This document shows, one piece after another, positions 63,025 through 64,000 of a stretch of 64,000 nt of DNA (its first letter is position 1; each line of letters opens with the position of its first letter). Source of the stretch: Hemiscyllium ocellatum (taxonomy: Eukaryota); assembly GCF_020745735.1 (NCBI RefSeq), contig NW_026867509.1, forward strand, positions 1,054,001-1,118,000, in the 5' to 3' direction. The notes below the pieces were generated by a model, which did not search any database, was not told the DNA's origin, and saw only the letters and a list, made by a program, of their open reading frames with translations. Both the position numbers and the translations under genes were made by a program.

Positions 63025-63675
63025 AAAATCACATGACATCAGGTTATCGTCCAACAGGTTTATTTGGAAGTACTAGCTTTCAGAGCGCTGCTCCTTCGTC
63101 AGGTAGCTACAGGAGTAAGATCATAGGACACAGAATTTATAGCAAAAGATCGTAGTGTCAGACACTGATGCGATATATTGAACAAATCTAGATTGCTGTT
63201 AAATCTTTCATCTTTTAGTATAGGTTGCAGGTTTCGATGCATTAATAAGTAAATCCCAGAATTGCTTTCAAATCAGATTCTGGAGATAGTTTCTGGTTTT
63301 ATATAAAAATAGATGATATCTCAGTTCAGACAATGCATTAAAGGTATGAGTCTTGGGTCTATTTGTTTCCCAGTCTGGTTTTGCTTCCTACGTAGGAAAG
63401 TATGAAATGTCACATGATCTATGACAAAACATATTGTTTGCCGACAGATTATGCGTTTTAGAAGGAAAAAGAATGCAGCTGCAAATACAATTCTGCAAAT
63501 TCAAATTGAACTCATAGACATTTATAAGGCATCATTGTATGACACTATGATCTTTTGCTATACATTCTGTATCCTATAATCCCTCCTCACTAACTACCTG
63601 ATGAAGGAGCCTCGTTCCGACAGCTGTTACTTCCAAATAAACCTGTTGGACTAGAACGTGATGTCAAGTGATTTT
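63025..63675. mobile_element. Element with ~147-bp imperfect inverted arms, probably Penelope-derived
   Basis: 63025-63171 is the reverse complement of 63529-63675 with scattered mismatches; the arms carry a CTGANGA...GAAA motif. Confidence 0.75.
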
Positions 63676-64000
63676 GTAACTTCATCCACTTCAGTCCAAC
63701 ATCGGCGCCTCCACATCATGAAAGTAGGTTTAATTGAAACATTGAAAAAAGTAGTGAATCATTATTTTCAATAAAGTCAGGTGCACGCTCCTGGAAGGAA
63801 GCAGGAGTATGGCCCAAGGCAGTGATGTTCATTTAATGAGCCGTTGGAGATCCGCTGTAACCATTGGCTTTTGTTTGTACCAAAACGCTTCTGTGATATC
63901 ACTCCGATCTCAGTTCGTTTTTCAAACACTTTCGTGACAGACCATTTCCAGTTCCTATACAGAATACATACATGACACCAGACACATTGACTCTCCTGCT

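Noticed and set aside
63870-64000. Short similarity to the 3' flank of the 13.6-kb V (13486-13525), hinting at another V beyond the window
   Set aside because: No heptamer/nonamer or V coding sequence inside the window.
1-64000. Constant-region, transmembrane, D-delta or J-delta/J-alpha exons
   Set aside because: No C1-set motifs or FGxG segments with a 12-RSS were found by eye; they must lie outside the window.

Overview
Vertebrate (not microbial) DNA, almost certainly from a cartilaginous fish (shark), and part of the V region of the T-cell receptor alpha/delta locus. Most ORFs in the supplied track are noise because the real genes are spliced or are V(D)J segments. On the + strand there are two NAR-TCR-type cassettes. 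One is complete: leader 46711-46753, VNAR-like V 46905-~47194, a 12/12 D at 47578-47593, J at 47973-48022 and a leaderless supporting V-delta at 50715-51024 with a 23-RSS. The other has D, J and supporting V-delta (157-3597), and its V should lie just left of the window. The two cassettes sit in a ~9.4 kb segmental duplication (1-~9427 vs 47422-~56576). On the - strand there are four TCR alpha/delta-type V segments with 23-RSS: one with a stop in its leader, two with the leader and V in a single exon, and one decayed pseudogene. A family of two-exon GPR139/142-like GPCRs is interleaved (one intact 332-aa gene, two pseudogenes, one orphan exon 1), along with CR1, Tx1, Penelope, Gypsy and tRNA-derived SINE debris. 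The NAR-TCR architecture itself is known from nurse shark. The least explained signals here are: a five-unit RSS-containing tandem array behind each supporting V-delta, with the V reading frame open through three units; nested 13/23-spacer heptamers; a long D-like germline tail with an aberrant RSS on the NAR V; and intronless leader-V genes with paralogous CTCF-like motifs. No constant region, D-delta or J-delta lies in the window. All alignments and motif calls were made by eye, and repeat boundaries are approximate.
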